From Octopus sinensis (taxonomy: Eukaryota): a DNA stretch of 64,000 nucleotides. A model generated the notes under the pieces. The model ran no database searches. It saw only the letters and a program-made list of their open reading frames with translations, and was not told the DNA's origin. This document shows, one piece after another, positions 51,143 through 62,593 of this stretch; within the stretch, counting starts at the first letter, position 1, and each line of letters starts with the position of its first letter. The stretch lies in contig NC_043022.1 in NCBI RefSeq assembly GCF_006345805.1, forward strand, positions 16,554,001 through 16,618,000. Direction: 5' to 3'. Both the position numbers and the translations under genes were made by a program.

Positions 51143-52514
51143 CATATATATATATATATATTTGTAATATGTATGTATATTTGTAATATGTATGTATAAA
51201 GCCATACATGTGTAGTATGTCTTTGTGTATATTCATAAAAGCAGTTTGTTTTTGTTGTTCTATTTTCTTAAAAATTTGCTTAACAAAGTAACAAAAGTAC
51301 TAATCTCTCGTCTTAAAGTTAGTCTTTTTGTAATAGTTCTAGATATGTGATATTGGCCATGCTACAGCATCACTAAACGCAATGTAAGATTTCTTCAAAA
51401 TATATCTTTACCTGTTGTATGAAAAAAACAAAACAAAACAAACTCTTGCTTGTTGTCATCTCCATTCGACCCCCCCCCCCAGCTTCTCTCCTCTTCTGGT
51501 GACAACTGCTGTCGTTAACACAACGCACTTGTAATGCACGTGCGTGTGCATCGATTTAAACTTTCCTCCGCAAAGAAGAGTTAAATAACAGCATTTACTC
51601 ACTGTTGATATTTAGTTTCATATGATTATTTAATCTTTAAAAAAATTTTGTATGTTTTGAAGATTAACAAAAATTATAGAAAAACAAAAAAAAGAAACCT
51701 GTCTGACTTGAAAAATTATGGCAGTTCACCATTTTTGCCTTGAATCCACAAACCCAGACATGCCAGGTTACTTTCAATTTACCAGGTTCATTGTTTAATA
51801 AGATTTATCTATTTCTTTCGTTACTTTTCATACAAAGTATTACTTTCTCGCAGAGGAAGGGGCATTTTTCAATGTTTTTTTGTTTCATTTTTTTCTTCCT
51901 CGTTTTATTATATTTAAAAATTTTTTTTTTCTTTTTTAATTAGATTATTGAGAATTCTTCACTGTTGAACTTTGAAACACATTTCGATTTCTAGCAGGAA
52001 TCTTATAGATTTTTATTTGTGGACTTTACATAATTGACGGCAACTAATTTTGTAGTTTACCTCGGGGTATACTTTGAATAGGAGCTTTAACAAACAGAGT
52101 TTATTTTTACTCTTATTGTGTGTGTTGTGTGTGTGTGTGTGTACGTACATGCACATAATAAAAGTAAAATAAGAGTACGCACACACCAATACACACATGC
52201 ACACACCTTCACCAGTATACATGCACTCACTCACTCATGATAATGTTTACATAGATATTCCTGTATAGACATAGCCACTAGCACACAAGACAGTGTGTGT
52301 GTGTGTATCTGTGTGTGTGTGTGTGTGTACACACACACATCAACACATCCACGTGCACTGACGTTAACATGTGCCCATGTATACACCTCAACGCATATGG
52401 CCACACATGGAAACTTGTGTGTGAGCAGACGCACTAACTTGTGCAGGTACATGTCACACAACACAGCGTGCTCTATAACAATATGTGCTCATTGTTCAAC
52501 ATACATGCTGGTGC

Positions 52515-52547
52515 ATATACATATATATATATATTATATATATATAG

Positions 52548-52588
<41 letters not shown>

Positions 52589-52712
52589 TACATATATATA
52601 TATATATATATGTATGTATATATATATATAGATATGTATATATATATAGATATGTATATATATATATAATATATATATGTATATTATATATGTATATATA
52701 TACATATATGCA

Positions 52713-52745
<33 letters not shown>

Positions 52746-52793
52746 TATATATATATATATAATATATATATATGTATATATTATATATATATC

Positions 52794-52827
<34 letters not shown>

Positions 52828-52852
52828 ATATATATATATATATGTATATATA
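52515..52852. repeat. (TA)n microsatellite
   Basis: Direct inspection. Confidence 0.95.
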
Positions 52853-53470
52853 TCAAAATAAAAACAAAATAAAAACATGATGCAAAGTATATTTAAATGG
52901 CATATACAGGTGCTTACAATTATCAAGTATTCACCCTGAATTTTTTATATATGTATATATATATATATATATGTATATGCATATGTGTATATATATATAT
53001 GTATATATAGTGACACACTCATATAGATATTTCGATACGTCTACGTCAGGACCACTGCATGCTAAGATGCAAGATGCACCGTCTCACATGCTGCCATTCA
53101 ATTATTTGCTGATGTCCATGCACTTAAACCATAATAATGTATACGTATATACATAAACAGTACATACGCACACACACACACACACTTATACATTGTACAA
53201 TGCACACATGTTTATGTATATATGTGTACACTCTCACACACACACATACACACACAGTGCAAGTTATTTTGATAGCCAATCTGTAAACTGCCATTAAATT
53301 GCTGTTTCGGAAGCAAAGATGGGGACAACATTGATTTAGTCGTTTGTGTACTGAATGGCCAACTCAAATTAAGAATAAGTAACTGAGCTGGTTTATTCTC
53401 AGAGACATTCCAGCCATAACCATCCCATCTTGTAGTCAGGCATATTGTATCTAGGAAAACATTATTTAAT

Positions 53471-53636
53471 AGGCACAGGAGTGGCTGTGTGGTAAGTAGC
53501 TTGCTAACCAACCACATGGTTCCGGGTTCAGTCCCACTGCGTGGCATCTTGGGCAAGTGTCTTCTGCTATAGCCCTGGGCCGACCAATGCCTTGTGAGTG
53601 GATTTGGTAGACGGAAACTGAAAGAAGCCTGTTGTA

Positions 53637-53711
<75 letters not shown>

Positions 53712-53912
53712 CTGTGTTTGTCCCCCTAGCATTGCTTGACAATCGATGCTGGTGTGTTTACGTCCCCATCACTTAGCGGTTCGGCAAAAGAGACTGATAG
53801 AATAAGTACTGGGCTTACAAAGAATAAGTCACGGGGTCGATTTGCTCAACTAAAGGCGGTGCTCCAGCATGGCCGCAGTCAAATGACTGAAACAAGTAAA
53901 AGAGTAAAAGAG
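53471..53912 (+). mobile_element. SINE family B, full length, young (reference copy)
   Basis: A box tggctgtgtgg, B box gggttcagtccc, CORE-like ggcatcttgggcaagtgtctt, internal (TA)/(TG), tail ggtgctccagcatggccgcagtc..(agtaaaag)n. Confidence 0.93.
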
Positions 53913-54762
53913 TATTGAAGGTGTTCTCCATTTTTTGTAAGAGAGTAGAGTGAGATATGAGAGAGATTCAGCTGCTATTTCTTGGAGATGAGTGACCATG
54001 TAGAAGTTTTCTAATCATCCTGGGAATTAGTGCCAAACCACTTCAATGGTTCAATACTTTAGTCACGGAACTATTTTGTAAAATACTTGGGTTCACATTT
54101 GTCTTCAATATGACTCCATGTCGGTTGACTAAATCTCTTTACATTCAGATCTGAAAAAAACAAAATAAATAGAAGGTTATTTAAAGAGGAAGAACGTAAA
54201 TTGTAATATTCGTGCCTTCTTTATTCGTGGATTGTGACTGGTCATTGGCTTTCAGTCGGTTGGTTAGTTTTTCCGAGAACCTACTTAGAATCAACTAAAT
54301 TAACAACATTCATTTGTTTTACATCCAACATGGGTTTATATAAATATGTATTATTGAGGTACTGTTATTATAGCCAGATTTTCTCCCTGTCACCAAACTT
54401 TAGCTAATTTTCAACTAAGAAAAATTTCATTTTACTTGTGTGTGAAAGTACAGAGCCACCAAACATTTTGTTGGCATTTTTCTTTTTCAGAGAAATGCAG
54501 GATGTAAACATAAACCATTCATACAAACGATATAATTTCTATCTCATTTATTTGTAAGTTGAACCACGATGAGTTTTTGTGTTTGAGACATGCTTGTTTT
54601 ATGCAGACATTACTTTTTCTTGAAACTGAACCTAAAGCATCTCTGGCCATAAAGGCCATGAAGGTCTTTAGATCTTAGTCAAAAAACAAATAGAACTCAA
54701 TTATGTGAAAATAATGAGAGTACAGAATATAGTTTAAAGATAATCATTCTAACAAATGGTGA

Positions 54763-54811
54763 CCATAGTTCTGAGTTTCATGTAAAGCTGGGTCCTACGC
54801 TCATCAGACAG
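54763..54811 (-). ncRNA. Decayed hammerhead-like motif
   Basis: Minus: CUGU-CUGAUGA-GCGUAGG(ACCCAGC)UUUACAU-GAAAC-UCAGAACU-AUGG; stem II and cleavage site eroded. Confidence 0.4.
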
Positions 54812-55558
54812 ATATATTATGGATTTATGTCAAACAGTACCACAGATGGCTCTGGCAGAAGTCCTGTCCACAAAACTTTTTAGGAAAAAAAAAATTTTCT
54901 TAATATAAAGAAAAAAATTGTTATTAAGAATTAATGGTGTAGATGCAGTAACTTATGGTTAAGGATCAAAGATACATCAAATAAATTGAGGACCCCCTTC
55001 CAGAAATACCTAACCTACACACCCACATTGTATCCTTCAGGAGTTTCATGAAAACAAGCATCGCCACACTGACCAAGCACAAATAGAAGCTGAAGGGAAA
55101 AGCCCTTTTCTCTAGTTTGCTTCCTTATAGTTCTTTGACCATGTTTATCCCCTTTCCCACCCTTTCAATCCAAACTAACCTTCATGGTCTTGGGACAGTT
55201 CCATGTATTGGAGGAAATTATAAAAACTAATTTGGGTTTGGTTTTGAAGATCAAAAATAGCCATTGTGATAACATCTCTTTTGCCCTATCTGGTATGGGT
55301 TACACAAATCAGTTTGACCCTTCCTTATTTATCAGTCAGTGCTCATCCCATCAATTCCTTAATCTCAGCTGTAAATCTCCACTCCCACTCTCCATCCTAT
55401 TTTCACATGTCTTTTGTACTACTACAGAATATAGCTGCCTCCATTGTACTCCCATAACTTGTCCAGGCATCTCTCATTAGATGAGAAAGTTAATTCCTTT
55501 TGCCTTTTGCAACTGGCCCCTGATTCCCTATCCTCATCCCTCCTTCTTACTGTATTTA

Positions 55559-55787
55559 TTGACCCTTTTGTTACTGTATTTCTGTTGAGATGCTCTGTGT
55601 TTCTTTTAATTACTTTAAACATTACAAAGAATTTAGTAAAAGAACTTCATTATCATTCAGCTAGTGTTAGGAACATAAATTGTGACTAAGGTTTGGTTGA
55701 AGATTTTAATTCAGAACTTTTGAAAACAAGTCATTTGTACTAGAGGGCCAGAGCTGGTTTCAGTCGGATTGGTAACGAAAGGGTTAA
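55559..55787 (-). mobile_element. TTAA MITE family E
   Basis: ttgacccttttgttac...gtaacgaaagggttaa; reverse-complement homolog of 57424-57650. Confidence 0.85.
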
Positions 55788-55814
55788 GAAGTAGCAATGG
55801 TAGCAGTGATAAGA

Positions 55815-56022
55815 AATAATCCTTTCTAATAAAGGCACAAGTCCTGAAATTTGGTGGGATTACAACAACCCCAGTATTTGACTGGTACTATATTTTATTG
55901 GCCCCCAAAGAATGAAAGGCTAGGTCAACCTTGGTAGAATTTGAACTCAGAATGTAAAATTTGAAGAGATGCCACTGTTCATTTTGCCCAGTGCAGTAAC
56001 AGTCCTGCCAGCTGACCATCTT
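55815..56022 (-). mobile_element. SINE family A with a third tail type
   Basis: aataatcctttcta..aaaggcacaag.cctgaaattt tail; gaatttgaactcagaatgt B-box region; ctgccagct head. Confidence 0.75.
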
Positions 56023-56660
56023 GGCGGTAAGAAATAATGGTAAACATGTTACGACAGAAGATCCTTGCTTGGTTAGTGGTGTTGTTAAGGGGATGAAAAT
56101 GACAGAATATTAATGCCTTAGAAATATTCTGATAACCAAACCATTTCCAGCCACAGGGGAACTAAATAGCTGAATAGGTACTACTATGTTTGCAACAGTA
56201 GCCTGAATGATGGCTAGTTAAGGCTCTGTTGTGAGCAGTTTAGACAACAGAGTATTTATGCTCCTGTGAGTATCAGCCGTAGAATCAGAGGAATTTTACA
56301 CATGTTTACCATTCCTGCAGATTAGATTTATATGATGGGAGCCGATTTTTTTTTCTGTTTTATGGAGCGATGGGGTGTTAGAACTTGTAAATTATTGTTA
56401 ACTATTTGTCATCGACACTACCAATAACTCTGGGTATGTGAGCCCTTAATTACTGCAAGTAAACACAAAGGTCTATCAGCATAAATCCTGATAAAAGGCC
56501 AAAATATGAACACACACACACACAGACACATGCATATAGGTGGTGTGTGTTTATGTATGTATACACATGTGCACACACACACACACACACACAGAGGATG
56601 TTCAGGCTAAATTTTATAGGTTACATAATAGAAAACACAACGTCCTGTCCCAAAATGAAG

Positions 56661-56890
56661 TAGATGGTGTGATCAATAACTATCCGGACTGTTGCCATTA
56701 TAACGAAGTTAAAGCATGCAGAGTGAAGCTGCCTGGCACAGATTGACTTTGAAGGAATGTGTGTAGTGTGTGATTATCACATTCACCATGAATCTGCATC
56801 AACTTTTGCCAAAAGCTTGGCAATCCCTGCCCAGAAACCTACACAAGATTGCAGAAAGTGTATGAAGAGGAGTGTATCAGCTGAAAAGAT
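56661..56890 (+). mobile_element. Mariner transposon 5' fragment (TIR and N-terminal HTH)
   Basis: TA|gatggtgtgatcaataactatccggact TIR-like start; from 56792 ICINFCQKLGNPCPETYTRLQKVYEEECIS* resembles mariner R.CIKFC.KLG....ET...L..VYG...MS. Confidence 0.75.
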
Positions 56891-57015
56891 GTTGATATTG
56901 ATGAATAGGGGACTTGCAGCAATCAGGATTTATGCCCATAGTCCTTTGTTTTCATTTGCTGAAATTTAAGGGCTCACACATATATTTATACACACACACA
57001 CATATATATTTATGC

Positions 57016-57662
57016 ATAGATGTAGTTGTGTGACAAGAACTTTACTTCCCAACTACATAGTTCTAGGTTCAGTCCCACTGTGTGACACCTTGGGCAAATG
57101 TCTTCTATTATAGCCCTGGGCCAACCAAAGTGTTTTGAGTGGATCCTGTAGATAGAAACTAAGAAATCCCATCATATAGATATGTATGTATGTATGTATG
57201 TATGTTTGACTGTCTCCTTGATTTGATAGTCGTAAACAAGTGTCACGTTCATGTAAGCAGTGTACTCCATTTCCAGTCTTCCTTGAAAGCATCTGGTCTT
57301 GGAGGGGGAATATTAACTCCCTCGGAAATAGGTGAGACTTGACAACACAAAAGGCATTGGGCTGTAGAAAATGCCCCTCTACAAAATTCCATCAAACTCA
57401 TGCAAACAGAGAAAAGTGGACATTTAACCCTTTCGTGACCAACCCAGCTGAAACTGCCATGGCTCTGAGTACAAATGTCTTGTTTTCATAAGTTCTGAAT
57501 TAAAATCTTCCACCAAACCTTAGTCGCAATTTATGTTCCTAACATTAGCTGAATGATAACTGAGTTATTTTACTAAATTCTTTGTTATATTTAAAATCAA
57601 TTGAAAGAAACAGAGAGCATCTGAAAATAAATACAGTAACGAAAGGTTAAACAATGATGATG
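57016..57662 (+). mobile_element. SINE family B', tail interrupted by MITE E
   Basis: B head; tail ...gaaaagtggacat[TTAA MITE]acaatgatgatg. Confidence 0.8.
57424..57650 (+). mobile_element. TTAA MITE family E
   Basis: TTAA|CCCTTTCGTGAC...GTAACGAAAGG|TTAA. Confidence 0.88.
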
Positions 57663-58080
57663 TATGCTCCAGAATGGCATGTTACCACTTATTGTTGCTA
57701 GTTTTACCTCTTCCTTAGCCAGTCTCTTATAGGGTGATGTCTTGAATTGTTGGTGAAACTCAGTACAAATTGATTTGAAGGATTATTGTCATTTTATAGT
57801 ACAAACATTTATCAATATATAAATTATTAATGCAGAGATATTAGATTTGCGATATTTGTGGACATGTTCAGCATGATTCAGATATGGCCGATGCCTTCAC
57901 ATTGGTTCTGGCTAAAACAAAAACAAAAAAAAGCAGGGGGGAAAAATAAACACAAAGAAAACATTAACAGAATATATAAATATTTGTGTGTAGGCATATG
58001 TATTTATGCATGTATCTCCCAGTCTGTCTGTCTGTCTGTCTATTTTTCTCTTCTCCTTCATCTCTAGCATACAAGTTTAC

Positions 58081-58127
<47 letters not shown>

Positions 58128-58219
58128 TGATGTGTTCACATGGACATATATATAAAGTGAAAAAGAGAAATATATACATATACGCATATGAATACAAATG
58201 CACACACACACATATATAT

Positions 58220-58253
<34 letters not shown>

Positions 58254-58493
58254 ATGTGTGTGTGTGTGTGTGTGTGTGCGTGTGTGTGTGTGTGTGTGGT
58301 GTAGATATACATGGTTTCTTTTCATAACTAAACAGAATACTTGATGCATATTTCAGAGTTGCATTCGATTGTCTTGATCTAAGATTTGGCATTGAAATAG
58401 GAATGTTTACATCATGGAATAATCATGGGGACCATTTAGAATCACCAATAATATATATATATATATATACCATCATATATTATAATCACTCCA

Positions 58494-58928
58494 GGCACAG
58501 GCATGGCTGTGTGGTAAGAAGCTTGCTTCCCAACCACATGGTTCCAGGTTCAGTCCCACTGCTCAGCCCCTTGGCAAGTGCCTTCTACTATACTCTCCGG
58601 ACAATCAAAGCCTTGTGGGTGGATTGCATAGATGGAAACTGAAAGAAACCTATTGTATATCATCATCATCATCTTCATCATCATATACAATGGATTTCTT
58701 TCAGTTTCCATACATACATGCGTGTGTGTGTGTGTGTGTGTGTGTTTGTCCCCACCACCTCTTGACAACCAGTATTGGTGTGTTTACAGCCCCATAACTT
58801 AGCAGTTAGGCAAAAGTGACTGATAGAATAAGTATCAGGTTTTTAAAAGAGTAAGTTCTGGAGCCAATTCAAGGTGGTGCCCCAGCATGGCCACCGTTTA
58901 ATGACCAAAACAATTAAAAGCTAAAAGA
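58494..58928 (+). mobile_element. SINE family B
   Basis: Full homology; internal (CAT)n/(TG)n. Confidence 0.88.
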
Positions 58929-59859
58929 TTATATTTAGTTTCGCTTTATTTCTTACCACGACTGAGTACTGAACTATTTAAAGTCATCAATTATTTACCA
59001 TTATATATTACGACCGACATGTATTATAACCACCATGGTGTGTATAAACTTCGATTTTATTTCTTACTGGAGCTGTATACTTTGAAATAGCAGAAAGTTT
59101 TGATGTCAATCAATCGTCTGATCACTGACTCAACTCCACTGCAAAAAATATTAAAGTTTAGAGATAGATGTAATTGGTGCTGTTGTTGTTGTTGTTGTTT
59201 GTATGAAACCGTTGCATCATTCAGTCCATGATTTGATGCCTCCAGTCTGATGAGACGAACCTCAAAGGGAACAATGCTATCTGTTTTGCTGTTAGATTGA
59301 TTAAAGTAAGTGGAGTGATGTGCTTTGTTTAGGGCCACAACACAAAGGCTGCTGGCATGGCTTAGTCTTGTGATCTTTCGGTTAACTGCTCAACCGGTCA
59401 TCAAAATAGACATACAAAGCTGGCCATCAACTTTGATGACACAAAAATTGTGGAACATATCAGTGTAATATGATTTGGATATAACATATTGAACTGGTTT
59501 AGGGTTGATAGCAAATTAAATTAGAAAATAAACACACTTTCTGATGGTTGCATGAATCATCGTTTATCTCATTTAATTGTGTAATCTCGTGTTTGACTTT
59601 CAACTATAAATATGTAATAGGGGTTGAGTTGAACTGACGGGGGTTGAAATGAAAGAAAATATTTTCTCTCTTAAATGAAGTGGGCGTTGAGCCTTGAAGC
59701 ATCAGATTTCTCTCTTCTTGGCATAAAAATTGATCCAACTTCACTTAATTTACTAATCATAAAGTCAAGTTTCAAAGTCTATTCTAACAGATTCTCTACT
59801 TACCAACTGAAGGAAGCAGGTTACAGACTTAGCATTGGCCCACAGTGTAGCTTTTATGC

Positions 59860-60107
59860 CAATGTTTCTCAACTAGGGTTCATATAATTTTAGGGACCCA
59901 TAGGGGCCATGATTTTGTTGTTAAAGTTTATGTGCAAGAAATTGTTATACTTCTGCAATGCACGAAATATATTAACAAACTTTCTTATACTAATTGTTAA
60001 TAGTATTTAATTATGAAAATATGATGCTGATTTTTGGAAGCATTAAATGTCTCTGGGGTTCCATTTGAGTAAAATAAGAAGGGATTCAAAATGGTTGAGA
60101 GCCACTG
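59860..60107. mobile_element. hAT/Charlie-like MITE
   Basis: caatgtttctcaac...gttgagagccactg; a second left TIR cagtgtttctcaa starts 8 bp later at 60116. Confidence 0.7.
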
Positions 60108-60189
60108 CTCCAGACCAGTGTTTCTCAAAAGGGTTCACACACCATTGGTGAGGAATGGCATTATTTTGGTGGGTTATGTTTATATATTT

Positions 60190-60504
60190 TTTCTCTTTCA
60201 CTTGTTACATTGTGGCCATGCTGGAGCAGTGCCTTGAAGGATTCTTAGTTGAATGAATTGACCCCACTACTTGTTTTTTTCTAAGCCTGGTACTTATTTT
60301 ATCAGTCTCTTTCACTGAACTGCTAAGTTACAGAGCCATAGACACACCAGAAGCAGTTGTCAAGTGGTGGTGGGAGACAAACACAGAAACATGCACATGG
60401 AAATAAATGAGAGGCTTCTTCCAGTTTCCCTCTACCAAATCCACTCACAAGGCTTTGGTTGGTCTGAGGCGAGAGTAGAAGACACTTGCCTAAGGTGCCA
60501 TGCA
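60190..60504 (-). mobile_element. SINE family B, head replaced by a family A insertion
   Basis: Reverse-complement homology ending at aaggtgccatgcag. Confidence 0.8.
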
Positions 60505-60716
60505 GCAAGCTAGCAGAACCATTCTCACACTGGACAAAATGGTCAGCAGCATTTCTCCTGACTTTGTGTTCTGAGTTCAAATGCTGCTGAGGTTGCCTTT
60601 GCCTGCCACCCTTCTGGGGGCCAATAAAATTAGTACCAATTGATCACTGAGGTCCATGTAATTACTCAGCTTCTTAAAATGACTGGCCTTACACCAAAAT
60701 TTGAAACCGTTATTAT
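60502..60716 (+). mobile_element. SINE family A with alternative tail
   Basis: gcaagctagcagaacc..ttctgagttcaaat..actggccttacaccaaaatttgaaacc. Confidence 0.75.
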
Positions 60717-62368
60717 TACTATTCTTGGTAATTGGTGTAAAATTAGTGGTGGTGGTGGTGGTGGGGGGGGGGGATTTATTATATTATATAACAAGGAGTT
60801 TCAGAAAAGCAAATTAATAAAAAGAAAAAGAAAAAAATTATTGAAATTCGTTGCTGTTGGTGTCTTGCAGAAGAATCCTTCGACAGACTAATTTCCCACA
60901 CCTGATACCACGAGTTCACTAAAGATTGTTTTGTTTGTATTCAGATACTTCCAAATGGTTTCAACAACAACACCAACAATACCAAAACTAAACTTTCTTT
61001 GCCCACTTCCCAACTTGAAAAAAAAAAAAAATCATAAATCATTAAGAAAACAATCTTAGTAAATAAATAAAACAAATAAAACAGACAAAAATCTAGTAAG
61101 ACAATCTGTTTACTTAATGCTGAGTTATTATTTTCATTTGTCTTCTTCTTCTTCTTCTTCTTCTTCTCCAGAGCCATTTTCTCTTCTGAGGCGGCTTCGT
61201 TTTTAACATATGTCCCCTCTCTACTAAATTGATTAATGCAGAACAAAAAAATGACAAGAAAAGAAAGACTTAGAAATATTAATTTCAAAGAAAATCTTAT
61301 AAAATAGTAAATTTATGCTGTTGTTGTTATTGTTGTCTTCTTAAGTTTTATTCTTAGATTAAACTCTGTGAATATCCAAGGTTTATTTGCCTGGTTTCGT
61401 TTCACTGTTTCATTTATTTATTTTCAATCTTCTCAAACAATTTCATTAAATAATACGAAACTTTTTGGTTGGAGTCAATTTGTATATTTATTTCTGTATG
61501 GAAAGAACAGAACAAGAGGGAAATATAACTGGTTCCAGTCTTCAGTTATTTGCAGAACTAAAAATGAGAGAAATAGCTGCCGTGAAAAAGATGGTGGTGG
61601 GGGTGGTGGGGGTACCAGTGAATTAGGTTTTGTGACTAAGGATGAAGAACGAAAGTTGTATCTGCCATAAAAGGAAATGTAAAAATCCATAAATTTGCAA
61701 AGATATCAAACCAGATAAAATATTGAAATCAAAAGAACAAATTGGTGTAAATAGTTTTAGTTTAGGTGACATTTTATAAACTGAGCAGAACAAACATTTG
61801 GCAGTGATTGCTTCTTTGGTGTTTCTCAATTAATGCTTTAAGCCAGGGTTTCATTAAGGACATAAATTAATTGAAGTTTTATAACCAGTTTTACTTCTGC
61901 TTTCTATTTTCCAAATCAGAATTGTCAGATGTGGTTCAACTTAGCTTAGTTTCTTATTGAGTCAGGCATAGAGATAGCTGTCTGCAAGGGCAAGCCCCAG
62001 GGGTCAGAGTGGCTCTTCCAGTGCGTCTCCCTTGTCACTCTCTGGGGCAACACCTTTTCCATTTTGTGTGCTGGGACCATGAGACAAACTGACAAGACTT
62101 TTTAGATGCTTCTTAACTCTGAGGAAGAGGGATGACAAGATGGTTTAGAAATGGCCTTCATCAAATTTCAAAAACTATTTCATTAAGCATTATGAAACAA
62201 ACTGAGTCAGGAATTTGTGTCTCTTCTTGGATACAAAAGACACCCTTCTGTGACTCTAGAGTCAGTAGAAGCATTTTTATGAATCTAGAATTAGTAAAAA
62301 CATTTCTAGCAATTACAGTTATGTATTCGTTTTGCAAGATTATTGATGTGAATACGTGTGTTGAAACA

Positions 62369-62593
62369 TATTGTTGTATTTGGGGATGGTCATGTTGCCA
62401 GTTTAGCCAATAAAAACACTCACACTATATATTTGGTGTTCATTTGCTTCAGCTTTATTTCATATTTATTGTATTTCGGCCAGAGTCCTTTCATCACACT
62501 TCTGTGACCTCATCAGTGGTCCTTTGCTTTCTTCTTTCTTTTTTGTATCTCTCCTTCCTAATGATCTGCCATTTTGTATACAAAATGGCAGAT
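62369..62593 (-). mobile_element. Short non-coding Penelope-like element with hammerhead and terminal palindrome
   Basis: Terminus shared with 26066-26090; hammerhead at 62478-62522; palindrome at 62564-62593. Confidence 0.6.
62478..62522 (-). ncRNA. Minimal type-I hammerhead ribozyme motif
   Basis: Minus: GGACCA-CUGAUGA-G-GUCAC(AGAAGU)GUGAU-GAAA-GGAC-UC-UGGCC; intact CUGAUGA/GAAA/UH core with stems I and II pairable. Confidence 0.7.

Noticed and set aside
53024-53052. ctgacgtagacgtatcgaaatatc hammerhead-like motif
   Set aside because: Core mismatch and no stem I
45383-53742. Recurrent ORF ...RLPNPLTRHWSAQGYSRRHLPKVPRSGTEP... (also at 20419-20895)
   Set aside because: Antisense reading of SINE family B; recurrence reflects repeat copy number, not a gene family
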